Part shown: one piece after another, positions 1 through 12,250 of the stretch | How the letters are laid out: each line of letters starts with the position of its first letter | How positions within the stretch are numbered: the first letter of the stretch is position 1 | NCBI GenBank assembly: GCA_030264375.1 | Contig: JASCQW010000043.1 | Coordinates: 52,575,760 to 52,639,759, forward strand | Direction: 5' to 3' | Length of the DNA stretch: 64,000 nucleotides | From: Carcharhinus longimanus | Taxonomy: Eukaryota | The notes under the pieces: generated by a model | What the model was told of the DNA's origin: nothing | The model's database searches: none | Seen by the model: the letters and a program-made list of their open reading frames with translations, nothing else | Translations under genes and position numbers: made by a program

Positions 1-486
1 TCTCTCAAAATACCTTCCAACAATTTACCCACCACAGATGTGAGGCTAACTGGCCTGTAGTTCCCAGGCTTTTCCCTTCATCCTTTTTTAAACGAAGGCA
101 CATTTGCCACTCTCCAATCTTCAGGCACCTCACCTGTGATTATCGATGATTGAAATATCTCGGCTGGGGACCTGCAATTTCCTCCTCAGCCTCCCACAAC
201 GTCCTGGGTTATACCTCATCAGGTCCGGCAGATTTATCTACCTTGATGCGCTTTAAAACTTCCAGCATCACCTTCTCTGTAATATGTACACTCCTCAAGA
301 CATCACTATTTATTTCCCCAAGTTCTTTAATATCCATGCTTTTCTCAACAGTGAATACTGATGAGAAATATTCATTTAGGATCTCACCCACCTCGTGTTG
401 ATCCGCACTTAGATTACTTTGTTGACCCTTAAGAGGCCCTACTCTCTCCCTTGTTACTCTTTTGCCCTTTATGTATTTGTAGAAGC
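1..486 (-). mobile_element. CR1 (HER1-like) LINE ORF2 fragment
   Basis: ORF 209-391 (MGEILNEYFSSVFT...IKVDKSAGPDEV) is followed by YRPVSLTSVVGKLLE-type sequence at 20-60, typical of CR1 ORF2 upstream of the RT core. Confidence 0.9.
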
Positions 487-1339
487 TGATGACCTTCAGC
501 AGAACATTGTGTTCACTCCACCTTCTTCAAATCTCTCTCGCATTCAGATGGTCTGTTTGTGCCATTAAAATGCAACTTGATTACAAAATCAAGTAGCAAG
601 CAATAATTGTTACACTACACAAAAGTCATCTTTCTTTTATTTTAAAACCGTACTTCATAGTTGTAGATTTTCTCTATTGCTTATGAATTGCAATTACTGA
701 GCTAGACAATTGAGAGTGAACCCATCACCTTGTAATATATGTTCCATGTAATTAGCATGAATGGAATCAGTTGTTTCAGAAAAGGTCTATTAAAACTCTC
801 TCCTGATATTTTAAGCGAGCACATGTAAGTAAGGCTGATTTAAGTGCTCAAATGCACAGCAAAAACATAGTCAATTCCCCATTTGCTCAGTCTGATCTGA
901 CCCACATTCAACTGGGAGCATTGGACTGAAGCTACTGTATGGTCCAGGGCTAAATAGATAAGATTCCAGGAGGAGATTGAATCCAATTAAGACAGGGAGG
1001 GCACAGGGAAAGCATAGGTGAAAATTATCTACTTGGCATGAGGAGATGACAGGACGAGGCTATAGCGTTTCCACATGTGAATTGAAATACTTACAGGAGG
1101 ATGCTATTGTATTTTGCTTGAGGAGAGGCAGTTGGACAAGAATGTCCTGTTGTAGCAGAGCCCTGCAACTTTTATCAGCTATCTGAAGTTTGAAGCTTGG
1201 CAGCAGAATTAAGGATACATCTTGAGTATTTTTGGAAATACATAGGTTTGCCTTCATAGATCAAAGACATTTAATCCATCACTATTGCTCTTCAAGCAGT
1301 CTGTGAGGATTCTTCAAGAAAAGCAAATTTTTCAAAACA

Positions 1340-1638
1340 ACAGGGCATAGGTTTAAGGTGCGAGAACAAGGTTTAAAGGAGATGTACGAGGCAGATTTTT
1401 TACACAGAGAGTAGTGGGTGCCTGGAACGCGTTTCGGGGGTGGCGGGGGGAGGTAGCGGAAGCAGATATGGTAGTGACTTTTAAGGGGCATCTTGACAAG
1501 TACATGAATAGATGGGCTTAGAGAGATATGGTCCCCGGAAGGGTAGGGGTTTTAGTTAAGGCGGACAGCATGGTCAGTGCAGGCTTGGAGGGCTGAAGGG
1601 CCTGTTCCTGTGCTGTAATTTTCTTTGTTCTTTGTTCT
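1340..1638 (+). mobile_element. CR1 LINE 3' end (5'-truncated)
   Basis: GHRFKVR...FFTQRVVGAWN motif, the GGGCTGAAGGGCCTGTTCCTGTGCTGTA 3' UTR and a (TTCTTTG)n tail. Very similar to 5045-5330 and 53100-53385. Confidence 0.9.
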
Positions 1639-2224
1639 CTAATACTTGGCCATAGATTTAAGGCAACTTGAGGAAATTATTGATCAAAATGCAAGCACCC
1701 TGAAGTTTGAAGATGGCATGTTGGTTCTATAATAACTGCTGAATTATGTAAACTGCTTCGGGTAGCAGCTTTATAGACTGTACCAGCTCAAGTGAAACTA
1801 CAACGGTTCTGCTCCAGAAGAAGTAACACCTCTCAAAAAAAAAATCCCTTCACAGTGGAGCATAATTATTTTCAGAAGAGCATTTGGGCATCCTTTGGTT
1901 AGAAACAGCTAAACCAATGTGCTTTGCCTTATAAGATATGAACCAATGACTGACCTTGCATGAATATCTGATTCCCTCAACAAAATACTTACCTTTATCC
2001 AACATCCTTGGCAGCGATGCACAGCAAGGATGGGAATCAAATTCATGTTTTGGTTGAAAAAAAATCAAACTATATTTGGAAAGCAAGTCAGACTTCACTG
2101 CAGGTTCATTTCAGCCTTCACAGAACACGACGACATATTTTAAAGTACAGACTATGATTCCTGTCAGGATGCAAGCTCCATGAACATTACTATCCCTGTG
2201 GTGCCTTATCCAAATGTTCATTTT

Positions 2225-2688
2225 TAAAAAATTCATTCCTGGGACATGGGCATCACTGGCAAGCTAGCTAACATTTATTGCCCATTCCTAGTTTCTCTTC
2301 AGAAGATAATGGTGAGCTGCCTTCTTGATTCAGTGCAGTCCATGTGTTGTGGGTTGACCCACAATGCCATTAGAGAGGAAATTCCAAGATTTTCACTCAG
2401 CGGCTATGAAAGAACGGCGATATATTTCCAAGTCAGGATGGTAAGTGGCTTGAAGGGAAACTTGCAGGTGGAGATGTATCTGCTGCCCTTGTCCTTCTAA
2501 ATAGCAGTGGTCATGGGTTTGAAAGATTCTGTCAAAGGATCTCTGGTGAATTGCTGCAGTGCATCTTGTAGAAAGTACACACTGCTGCTACTGAGCATCA
2601 GTCATGGAGCGAGTGGATGTTTGTAGATGTGGTGCCAATCAAGCAGGCTGCTTTGTCCTGGATGGTGTCAAGCTTCTTGAGTGTTGTT
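2225..2688 (-). mobile_element. CR1-superfamily LINE (family B) 3' end
   Basis: Minus-strand TTLKKLDTIQDKAACLIGTTSTNIHSLH matches the C-terminus at 10640-10730. The 3' UTR ends ATGCCCATGTCCCAGGAATGAAT. Confidence 0.85.
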
Positions 2689-3374
2689 NNNNNNNNNNNN
2701 NNNNNNNNNNNNNNNNNNNNNNNNNNNNNNNNNNNNNNNNNNNNNNNNNNNNNNNNNNNNNNNNNNNNNNNNNNNNNNNNNNNNNNNNNNNNNNNNNNNN
2801 NNNNNNNNNNNNNNNNNNNNNNNNNNNNNNNNNNNNNNNNNNNNNNNNNNNNNNNNNNNNNNNNNNNNNNNNNNNNNNNNNNNNNNNNNNNNNNNNNNNN
2901 NNNNNNNNNNNNNNNNNNNNNNNNNNNNNNNNNNNNNNNNNNNNNNNNNNNNNNNNNNNNNNNNNNNNNNNNNNNNNNNNNNNNNNNNNNNNNNNNNNNN
3001 NNNNNNNNNNNNNNNNNNNNNNNNNNNNNNNNNNNNNNNNNNNNNNNNNNNNNNNNNNNNNNNNNNNNNNNNNNNNNNNNNNNNNNNNNNNNNNNNNNNN
3101 NNNNNNNNNNNNNNNNNNNNNNNNNNNNNNNNNNNNNNNNNNNNNNNNNNNNNNNNNNNNNNNNNNNNNNNNNNNNNNNNNNNNNNNNNNNNNNNNNNNN
3201 NNNNNNNNNNNNNNNNNNNNNNNNNNNNNNNNNNNNNNNNNNNNNNNNNNNNNNNNNNNNNNNNNNNNNNNNNNNNNNNNNNNNNNNNNNNNNNNNNNNN
3301 NNNNNNNNNNNNNNNNNNNNNNNNNNNNNNNNNNNNNNNNNNNNNNNNNNNNNNNNNNNNNNNNNNNNNNNNNN

Positions 3375-3460
3375 TCGTGCATTCAGATAAAGTGTCTTTA
3401 TCCCAGCCTTTATCTGGACCCTATTTGAAGGAACGCTACCAACCTTTCTCAGTAACATGC
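3375..3460 (-). mobile_element. CR1 ORF2 endonuclease N-terminus fragment
   Basis: IKTLYLNAR motif directly beside the gap. Confidence 0.65.
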
Positions 3461-3714
3461 TTGTAAAAAAGATCAGTCCAGAACACCATGCTTACAATAT
3501 CATTCTTGCATTGCCTCCGTGTATCGGAAAATCTAGGGAGTAGATTTAAAATGTTCATTTAAATATGCAGATACGATTCCTGCCCTTGCTAGTTGAGAGC
3601 CAGATTACGTTCGGGAGGAGTAGGTGGAGGATACTGATGAGGTTTTGCATTGGTGCAGAATAGGCAAAACCACTCAGCTGCATTACTGCTCTAACACTTT
3701 CAAACAAAGAGTCT

Positions 3715-4207
3715 TGAAGAACATAAGAACTAGGAGCAGGAGTAGGCCATCTGGCCCCTCGAGCCTGCTCTGCCATTCACTATGATCATGGCTGATCTTT
3801 TTGTAGACTCAGCTCCATTTATCCGCCCACTCACCATAATTCTTAATTCCTTTACTATTCAAAAATCTATCTTACCCTTAAAAACATTCAATGAGGTAGT
3901 CTCAACTGCTTCACTGGGCAGGGAATTTCACAGATTCAGAACCCTTGGATGAAGAAGTTCCTCCTCAACTCAGTCCTAAATTTGCTCCCCCTTATTTTGA
4001 GGCTATGCCTCCTAGTTCTGATTTCATCTGCCCGTAGAAACAAACTCCCAGCTTTTATCTTATCTATTCCCTTCATAACTTTATAAGTTTTTATAAGATT
4101 ATCCCTCCTTCCCCCAGCCCCATTCTTCTAAATTCCAATAAGTATAACCCCAGTCTATTCAGTCTCTCCTCATAAGATAATGCTCTCAACTCTGGAATCA
4201 ACCTAGT
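3715..4207 (-). mobile_element. CR1 LINE 3' end
   Basis: (ATAAGAAC) tail and GGAGCAGGAGTAGGCCATCTGGCCCCTCGAGCCTG 3' UTR, shared with 61135-61206 and 10430-10505. Confidence 0.88.
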
Positions 4208-4234
4208 ACCAGTTCAAGTATTAGTTTTACACAT

Positions 4235-4460
4235 GGACCTTATCCACTGATCCACTGGGAAATATATCGCCGTTCTTTCACTGTTGCTCGGTAAAAACCC
4301 TGAAACTCTCTTCTTAACAGCACACTTTGGATGTACCTACACCTCAGGGACAGCAGTATTTCAAGAAGGCAGCTCACCATCACCTTCTCAAAGTCAAGTA
4401 TGAATCAGCAATAAACGTGGGTGTAGTCAGTGAAGTCAACATCCCACAAGTGAATAAAAA
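4235..4460 (+). mobile_element. Family B LINE 3' UTR fragment
   Basis: TTCAAGAAGGCAGCTCACCATCACCTTCTCAA...ATCCCACAAGTGAAT matches 11010-11105. Confidence 0.75.
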
Positions 4461-4661
4461 CACCTTGAATATTTCCGAACAAAGAGATATGTTATCAAAG
4501 CACTTTGTCTTGCTCTCATTGGGACAGATGCAAAAATGCCAAATTTCAAAGGGAACAATAATTTACAGTGCAGGAGAAGTCAGCTCTCATTGTTTGAGAC
4601 ACTTAGCATGGCAACATCTTGATGAAAACTTTGAGAGCAGATACACAGGTCACTGAAGTGA

Positions 4662-5330
4662 CAACGCAAGTGGAGGACATAGTCAAGAAGGCATATGACA
4701 TGCTTGCCTTCATCAGCCGGGGCACTGAGTTTAAAAATTGGCAAGACACGTTGCAGCTTTATAGAACCTGAGTTAGGCTACACTTGGAATATGCTGTTCA
4801 ATTCTGGTTGCCACACTACTAGAAGGATGTGGAAGCTTTGGAGAGGGTACAGAAAACATTTACCAGGATGTTGCCTAATATGGAGGGCATTAGCTACGAG
4901 GAGAGGTTGGAGAAACTTGGTTTGCTCTCACTGGAACAACGGAAGTTGAGGGGCAACCTGATAGAAGTCTACAAAATTATCAAAGGCATGGGCAGAGTGG
5001 ACAGTCAGGAGCTTTTTCCCAGGGTGGAAGAGTCAATTTCTAAGGGACATAGGTTTAAGGTGCGAGAGGCAAGGTTTAAAGGAGATGTACGAGGCACTTC
5101 TCTTTACACGGAGAGTGGTGGGTGCCTGGAACTCGCTGCTGGAGGTGGTAGTGGAAGCAGATACAATAGTGACTTTAAGGAGCATCTTCACAAATACATG
5201 AATAGGATGGGAATGGAAGTATACGGCCCCCTGAAGGGTAGGGGGTTTTAGTTTAGTCAGGCAGCATGGTCGATGCAGGCTTGGAAGGCCGAAGGCCCTC
5301 TTCCTGTTCTGTAATTTTTTTTGTTCTTTC
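4662..5330 (+). mobile_element. CR1 LINE 3' portion (ORF2 C-terminus plus 3' UTR)
   Basis: ORF 4829-5251 contains ALERVQKTFTRMLP...SYEERLEKLGLLSLEQRKLRGNLIEVYKIIKG, with frameshifts. Confidence 0.92.
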
Positions 5331-6124
5331 ATCTTAATCCAACAATAAGAAGTAGTACATTTTCAACTTTTACTATTATGATGAAATTTCAAAACTTACT
5401 GTTGGATCTTTGGGACATGAAAAGAAATCCAGGTCATTATTCTTATCACTTTTTTAAAAAACTGAATCAAAATCACAAGACACAGGGTTGGCCCTTTGCC
5501 TTGGAACTACTCCCAAGAGTTATGAAATATAAATAATTATTTTCTCAGCTGATGTATCTCATACCTCATTGTACAGACATCTCATAATCACTAAAACCTG
5601 AAGACTTGTACATTGAAACCTGTTACAGTTACAGAGCTGCTAAGAGACTCATATGACATCTGGGGCAGTCCAGGTTCATTTGAAAAGAGAACCAATAGGT
5701 TCAATAGACATAATCATTTGCATCCAATAAGCTCACCTTGGTAGCAGCGTCAGTGAGTCTGCCTGGATAATGATTTCCCACACCAGACCCTCAATATGGC
5801 CGGTACCCTTTCAATAACCAATGACTGGAACACTATCAGTCCTGACATCAAAGCCAATTCCAGACACTGGATGAACAACCCTTTCAAAGCCAATAGAGAG
5901 AAAGAAGGTTACATGACTCGACTGACCATTTTGAAATCTCTATGTGCCTTTGAGAACTGAGAAACAGCTAGTCTGCTGTTTTATCAGCAAGAAAGGACTC
6001 TAGCTGCTCAGCTGAGCAAGTAATCAGGTTTCCATCTCTCAGCTTCTTCAAGTCCATCTCTGATGGAAGGTTATATACCATCACTAACATGGAATACATT
6101 TTAGCAGTGAGAAAAATGTACTAA

Positions 6125-6215
6125 TAAGCAGTCATGATCTGAAACGTTAACTTTGCTTCTCTCTCCACAGATGCTACCAACCCAGATTAGTATTTTCAGC
6201 AGTTTATGTTTTCAT
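6125..6215 (+). mobile_element. Penelope-like element terminal remnant
   Basis: CTGAAACGTTAACTTTGCTTCTCTCTCCACAGATGCT...AGTATTTTCAGCAG resembles the reverse copy at 63895-63990. Confidence 0.55.
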
Positions 6216-6436
6216 TCCTGAGAAGCAGTATTTGTTCCATAACAATCCTTACCAGTGCTGGAACTCAACTAAAATTTGAACTTTTAATTATGTCAAGGTG
6301 TTGGTGGCTCAGCAGCAGAATTAATAATTATTTCATGTTCTACTTCATTCTATACTTCTTCAAAATTATTGTCACAGCTCATAGGCTGACAGTAATTACA
6401 GACAGTTAAGACAAGTGGTTACCAGCTAGTACTTAC

Positions 6437-6544
6437 CCTAGTGAGGTGGATGACCCCTTGGGATGTAACTGAGCAGCCCATAAAGCCCACGTATTGCAGC
6501 AGAGGACAATGTTCCGCAAATGCTTTCACCGATTTATCTGTCAC
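6437..6544 (-). CDS. FBXL17: Internal coding exon (108 nt, phase 0-0) of F-box/LRR-repeat protein 17
   Basis: Encodes VTDKSVKAFAEHCPLLQYVGFMGCSVTSQGVIHLTR, nearly identical to the vertebrate FBXL17 LRR segment as I recall it (VTDQSVKAFAEHCPELQYVGFMGCSVTSKGVIHLTK). On the minus strand it is bounded by acceptor TTCTTTCTGTGCAG (ctg at 6545-6547) and donor GTAAGT (acttac at 6431-6436). Confidence 0.93.
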
Positions 6545-6580
6545 CTGCACAGAAAGAAGTGTGAAAAAACAAATTAGTCC
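6545..6580 (-). promoter_or_regulatory. 3' splice signals of the FBXL17 exon: branch point, polypyrimidine tract, AG
   Basis: Minus strand reads GGACTAATTTGTTTTTTCACACTTCTTTCTGTGCAG, with a CTAAT branch motif about 30 nt upstream of the exon. Confidence 0.75.
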
Positions 6581-6683
6581 AACAGTCACAAAACTGCAAA
6601 ACAACATGTACATCTTTGGAAAAGTTTTACCTAACTCCACAGGACAACTCATGTGAAAGAACATATCAGCTAAAAAGTTGTTT

Positions 6684-6822
6684 TAGAACATAGAACATTA
6701 CAGCACAAACAGGCCCTTCGGCCCACAAGTTGCACCGATCATATCCATACCTACCAGGCCTGTCTATAACTCTCAATCCCATTAAATCCCATGTACTCAT
6801 CCAGAAGTCTCTTAAAAGACCC
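6684..6822 (-). mobile_element. Short CR1 3' end
   Basis: (TAGAACA) tail and CAGCACAAACAGGCCCTTCGGCCCACAAGTTG. Near-identical in reverse to 30630-30777. Confidence 0.85.
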
Positions 6823-7884
6823 CGGCGAGTTTGCAAGCCTCGAAAATCCATTGTTCTTTCTCCTGTCGGCTCCAAGTTTCATTTTATTCTTTCTTTGGTG
6901 ATCTAAAATTTAACTTGTGATTTACCATCACGAGTACAGTTCCATTTCTGATATAAATGAAGGATCGCTACTTTCACACTGCCAGCACTGGAACAATTCG
7001 GAAGCAATATTAATAAAATGAATGCTTGCGACTTTTTCATCTTTGCCTCAATTCTAATGATTCCAGCTGCTTTCTTACAGTGCCTCGAAACCACTTGAGC
7101 ATTGCTGTAATATTCATGACCTTGCCTGAACCCCCTCAATGCGATTACTGCCTGGTAATTGCTTCTGGTTTACCATTATGCTGCAGAAAAATACTTTGAA
7201 TTCAAGCCATTATCTCCCCTTTTTCGGTAGGTAGCTGCACCACACAGTGTGAGGAGGTCCAATTATTAATCTAGGTTTAAGGGGTGAGCCAATTATATTT
7301 CTGATGACTGGCTAATAGCTCCTGCTGGAACTCTGAGTGTGAGGACAAGGCTGAGCATGGTTTGATGGCCTCCAAAATTTAATTACCCTGACTTTTCTTG
7401 ATTCATACGTGAGGAACGGCTACTTGAGTGAGTTGCTGGAGTGTTACCATAGCCGACAGAAATTCTGCCTGATGTAGGTCTCCGTCTGAGGATGAAAAAT
7501 TCAGAATTGCAGAAAGCAGGAAAAAGTATTGAAACACTCTGGATTGACAGCCATTCAGCTTGCTACCATGGTGGCCATGTTGAATTTTAAGGCTTACCAA
7601 ACATACTGTGATCTGCGGTTGAGCATATTGAAAGAACACTTAAAAAAATAATGCAATGCAGCTGATATCTTCCAGCCCAGGATAAACATGCAAAACCTCA
7701 GAACCATCTGAGGAAACGAAGATCGTCAGAATGTTTTGCCATTACGTTTCACTGCTCAAAAGGTGGCTAGTGACATTTAAAAAAGAAATCCTCCTTCTGA
7801 AAAATATAGGACGCGAGAAGGTTGTTTGAACAATCATGCCACGGAGATGGCCAACTCCTGTAATCCTCATTCCTTGCCCTTTTC

Positions 7885-7960
7885 ATAGAATCATAGAGTC
7901 CCTACAGCACAGCTGGAGGCCATTTAGCCCATCGAGTCTGCACTGACTCCAACAGAGTAT
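7885..7960 (-). mobile_element. CR1/HE1-type 3' tail fragment
   Basis: CATAGAATCATAGAGTCCCTACAGCACAGCTGGAGGCCATTTAGCCCATCGAGTCTGCAC. Confidence 0.7.
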
Positions 7961-8421
7961 GGTATTCTCTACTCAAATAATATTCAATTAAAGTCTAAAG
8001 GGTGTTACAGTCACTGCCTCGGTCTCTTAACGTTAAATCCATTTCATGGCTTAATGATACCTTGTGTGTGAAAACTTTTCCTTTAAATCCCCCTCAATTC
8101 TTGTGTTGATAGTATTAAAGTTATCAGTTTTAACACAACAGCCGCCTGTTGTACGCCCACCACGTTTTCCTTCCCATCACCTTCAATCAACTAGTTGTTG
8201 GGAAAGCTGATAGAAACAGATGAGGAACAAATGTGAGAAGTTTAGCTGCAAGGCACTTTCTTCACACAATGCTCATTTAGTTAATATATGCTGTGGTGAG
8301 GTATTGCAGTAAATGCAAGTGAATAGGAGAATATTGGAGCACTAGTGTTAACGTGGGGGATTGTTCCTGCCCTTTCTAGCCTTTCTCTGCATTTCCAGAT
8401 TCCCTTAAGTATAGCAGATTA

Positions 8422-8511
8422 GGGGTAGGATTTTCCAGCACCTTTCGGCCACATTTTCCCACCTCTTCCGCAATGCTGCCCACCACTGGCAGGATCGGAA
8501 AATCCTGGCCC
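8422..8511. mobile_element. 90-bp mini-MITE (PIF/Harbinger-like termini)
   Basis: TIR GGGGTAGGATTTTCC versus the reverse complement of GGAAAATCCTGGCCC, 13/15 match. Confidence 0.55.
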
Positions 8512-8554
8512 AACAGATTCTCTCATTGAGGTAGCTCAGAAGGCTGAAAGATTT

Positions 8555-8664
8555 TTTTTATTCATTCCTGGGACATGGGCATCGCTGGCTGGCCACCTTT
8601 TATTTCCCATCATTAGTTGCCCGAGGACAATTGAGAGTTAACCACATTGTTGTGGCTCTGGAGC
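8555..8664 (-). mobile_element. SINE/LINE 3' end with family B tail
   Basis: TTCATTCCTGGGACATGGGCATCGCTGGCTGGCC matches 2232-2265. Confidence 0.65.
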
Positions 8665-8764
8665 NNNNNNNNNNNNNNNNNNNNNNNNNNNNNNNNNNNN
8701 NNNNNNNNNNNNNNNNNNNNNNNNNNNNNNNNNNNNNNNNNNNNNNNNNNNNNNNNNNNNNNNN

Positions 8765-8842
8765 CCTCATCCAGGTCATTTATGAAAATAACAAACAGCA
8801 AGGGTCCTAGAACAGATCCCTGGGGCACTCCACTGGTGACCC
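8765..8842 (-). mobile_element. CR1 RT fragment
   Basis: [23 protein letters not shown] motif. Confidence 0.85.
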
Positions 8843-9289
8843 AATCAAAATAAATGAGATGCTTCTCAACTTGGAGATCCTCAATTTTATATTATCTGCA
8901 AAAGCTGCTTTTGTCAACCTGCACAAAAATAGTTATAAGTAAAATGAAGGAATTAAATGTTGGGATCAATAAGAAAATAGGACTTCTATTTTACATCATG
9001 AAAGATCATGATGCATGCCTGTAAATAGCATACCGTCTGTGTTCTCTCCCGTTTGGATACTTCTATTTTAAAACTGAGTGACTTGCTGTGACTTAAGAGT
9101 CTGGAATGTCAACCAGATGGGTTTTTGAAGAAAAGCTACAATGGGTTCATGATTACCATTAAACTTATCCTTCCAGATGTTTTATCAAATTCAAATTCCA
9201 CCATTTGCCATGATGGAGTTGGAACCCTGGTCCCCAGAGCGTTACCCTGGGCCTCTGGGTTATCTAACAACAATACCATGACTCCACCA

Positions 9290-11107
9290 CAGCCATCTTC
9301 AGCCAGAAACGCTGATGCCAGTCTCCAGCCAATTCAATTCACTCCATGGGATATCAAAAAACGGTTAGAGGCACTGAATACTGCAAAGACAATAGGCCCT
9401 GATAACATTCTGGCAATAGTACTGAAAACTTGTGCTCCAGAACTTGCCACTCCCCTATCCAAGCTCTTCCAGTACAGTTACAACATTGGCATCTACCCAA
9501 CACTGTGGAAAATTGCCCAGACATGTCCTGCACACAAAAAGCAAGACAAATCCAACCCGGCCAATTACTGCACAGTTTACTCTTGATCATCAGTAAAATG
9601 ATGGAAGGGGTTATCAACAGTGCTATCAAGCAGCACCTGCTCAGCAATAACCTGCTCAGTGACACCTAGTTTGCATTTCGCCAGGATCACTCAGCTCCTG
9701 ACCTCATTACAGCCTCGGTCCATTGGACAAAGAGCTGAATTCCACAGGTCAGGTGAGAGTGACAGCCCTTAACATCAAGACCACATTTGACTGAGTGTGG
9801 CACCAAGGAGCTCAAGCAAAACTGGAATCAATGATATCGGGGCAATCTGTCTGCTGGTTGGAGTCATACCTGGTACATAGAAAATGGTTGTGGTTGTGGA
9901 GGGTCAGTCATCTCAGTTCCACAACATCTCTGCAGGAGTCCCTCAGTATAGTGTCCTAGGCCCAACAATTTTCAGGTACTTCATCAATGACCTTCCCTCC
10001 ATCATTAGGTCAGAAATGGGATGTTCGCAAATGATTGCACAATGTTCAACATCATCCATGACTCTTCAGATACTGAAGCAGTCCATGTTCAAATGCAACA
10101 AGATCTGACAATATCCAGGCTTGGGCTGACGAATGGCAAGTAACATTCATGCCACACAAAGGTCAGGCAATGATCACCACCAATAACAGACACTCTAACC
10201 ACTGCCCCTTAACATTCAACTGTGTAACCATCACTGAATCCCCCACTTTCAACATCCTTGGGGTTACCATTGACCAGAAGTTCTTTGAGGATGTGTCTAG
10301 GGCGGTGGGTAGAGGAGAGCCGGTGGATNNNNNNNNNNNNNNNNNNNNNNNNNNNNNNNNNNNNNNNNNNNNNNNNNNNNNNNNNNNNNNNNNNNNNNNN
10401 NNNNNNNNNNNNNNNNNNNNNNNNNNNNATTGAATGGCGGGGCAGGCTCGAAGGGCCAGATGGCCTACTCCTGCTCCTATTTCTTACGTTCTTATGTTCT
10501 TATGTAAACACAGTGACTACAAGAGCAGGCCAAAGGCTAGGACTACTGCGGTGAGTAACTCACCTCTTGCCTCCCCAGAGCCTATCCACCATCTACAAGG
10601 CACAAATCAGGAATATTCCCCACTTACCTGGACGGGTGCAGCTCCAACAACACTTAAGAAACTTGACACCATCCAGGACAAAGCAGCCCACTTGATTGGT
10701 ACCACATCTACAAACATTCAATCCCTCCACCGCCAATGCTCAGCAGCAGCAGCAGTGTGTACTATCTACAAGATGCACTGCAGCAATTCACCAAAGATCC
10801 TTAGACCTTCCAAACCCATGACCACTTTCAACTAGAAAGACAAGGGCAGCAGATAAATGGGAACATCACCACCTGCAAGTTCCCCTCCAAGCCACTCACA
10901 TTCCTGACTGGGAAATATATCACTGTTCCTTCTCAGTTGCTGGATCAAAATCCTGGAGTTCTCTCCCTAACAGCATTGTGGGTCAACCCACAGAACATGG
11001 ACTGCAGTGATTCAAGAAGGCAGCTCATCACCACATTCTCAAGGACAACTAGAGATGGACAATAAATGCTGGCCAGCCAGTGATGCCCATGTCCCATGAA
11101 TGAATTT
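9290..11107 (+). mobile_element. Family B CR1-superfamily LINE, RT domain to 3' end, decayed, with a nested CR1 at about 10278-10505
   Basis: GPDNILAIVLKTCAPELATPLSKLF, KSNPANY, GVPQYSVLGPTIF..FINDLP, ILGVTIDQK and KLDTIQDKAAHLI motifs with stops and frameshifts. Ends CCCATGAATGAAT. Confidence 0.9.
10278..10505 (+). mobile_element. CR1 inserted into the family B LINE (mostly collapsed into a gap)
   Basis: FFEDVSRAVGRGEPVD RT motif before the gap and a (GTTCTTAT) tail after it. The host LINE resumes at about 10505. Confidence 0.75.
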
Positions 11108-11429
11108 AAAAAATTATAATCAGGATCACTCAGCTTAGCAAACTATTCATTAATTGGGAGCACATGCCTATTTCAAATTGAAATATAGTCTAGCAGGTGA
11201 CTGGCCTCAAAATATAATAGGTATACAACACCATCTATGAACTCGTAGTTCCCTGAAGGAAGATTCAAGCTCTGGAAATATATCAGTAGATGTATACTTG
11301 ATGACTCTTGAGCAGAGCCAGCCAGACAAATTACATTCCAACAATACACTTAGAATGTAAAACTGCTTTATTGGAAATGGTCCTATTAACATAACTGAAT
11401 TCCCTTGAGGCCATACCTTTAATTTTTTA

Positions 11430-12250
11430 AACATTCATTCTTGGAATATGAGGCATCATTAGTAATGCCAGCCTTTAGTGTCCAATCTTTACTGTCCTGA
11501 GAATGCTTTATATAACTGAGTGACTTGCAAGGTCACACCNNNNNNNNNNNNNNNNNNNNNNNNNNNNNNNNNNNNNNNNNNNNNNNNNNNNNNNNNNNNN
11601 NNNNNNNNNNNNNNNNNNNNNNNNNNNNNNNNNNNNNNNNNNNNNNNNNNNAGCTACATCATCACTTTTACAAATAACAGCGTTTTATTTCTGTAATGAC
11701 TTCAATCAGGCCATTGAGGTTGGCCTATTGGAGTATGAACTCGCTGATTAAGGATCCCTTTCGTACCCGATGGGCATCACAGGGACTGGGGTGTATTATT
11801 GACCTCTTTAATCACATTTTAATTGATGTTTTAACTTCCTTTTCCGCTTTGCCTTTTGTTTCGGACAGTTCCCCTCCTTTTCAGGAGCTGCTCTTATTTT
11901 GAGTTAATCTGGTATTATTTATTTGACTGCACAACAAAAGATTAAGTCTTTGATTAAGGATCCAATTGATGAGCCAATCAGGGAGTCTTTGCTTTGCACT
12001 TAACTGGGAATGTCAGTTCCTCTGACACCCCCCTGGATGTAGACTGCTAACTGCAAGCACTCTGTGTACTGCTGTTAGAGTTTGTAAATAAAGGAATTTT
12101 GGTGAAGGACTTTGGCCTTCAAAGACTCATTACAATTTCCATGATTTTTAAAACAAATTAAAATTCTTAGTTGCATTTTAGGATTTGGACTCAAATTCTC
12201 TGGATGTTTAGTCCAAGGTTCTGAATTACTGATCCAGTAACATATTACTC
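11430..12250 (-). mobile_element. Old SINE with family B tail, interrupted by a gap and a solo LTR
   Basis: TTCATTCTTGGAATATGAGGCATCATT tail at 11434 and a decayed tRNA-like head at 12180-12250. Confidence 0.5.
11692..12134 (+). mobile_element. Solo LTR (443 bp)
   Basis: Termini TGTAATGA...TCATTACA form an 8-bp inverted repeat. Perfect 5-bp TSD ATTTC at 11687-11691 and 12135-12139. AATAAA at 12087-12092. Confidence 0.88.

Noticed and set aside
2598-3466. Long ORFs of 200-286 aa in the ORF track (also at 15428-16148 and 22660-23440)
   Set aside because: They are artefacts of translating through N gaps.
6419-6664. 81-aa ORF as a complete gene
   Set aside because: Only 6437-6544 is the exon. 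The rest is intronic read-through past clear splice sites.
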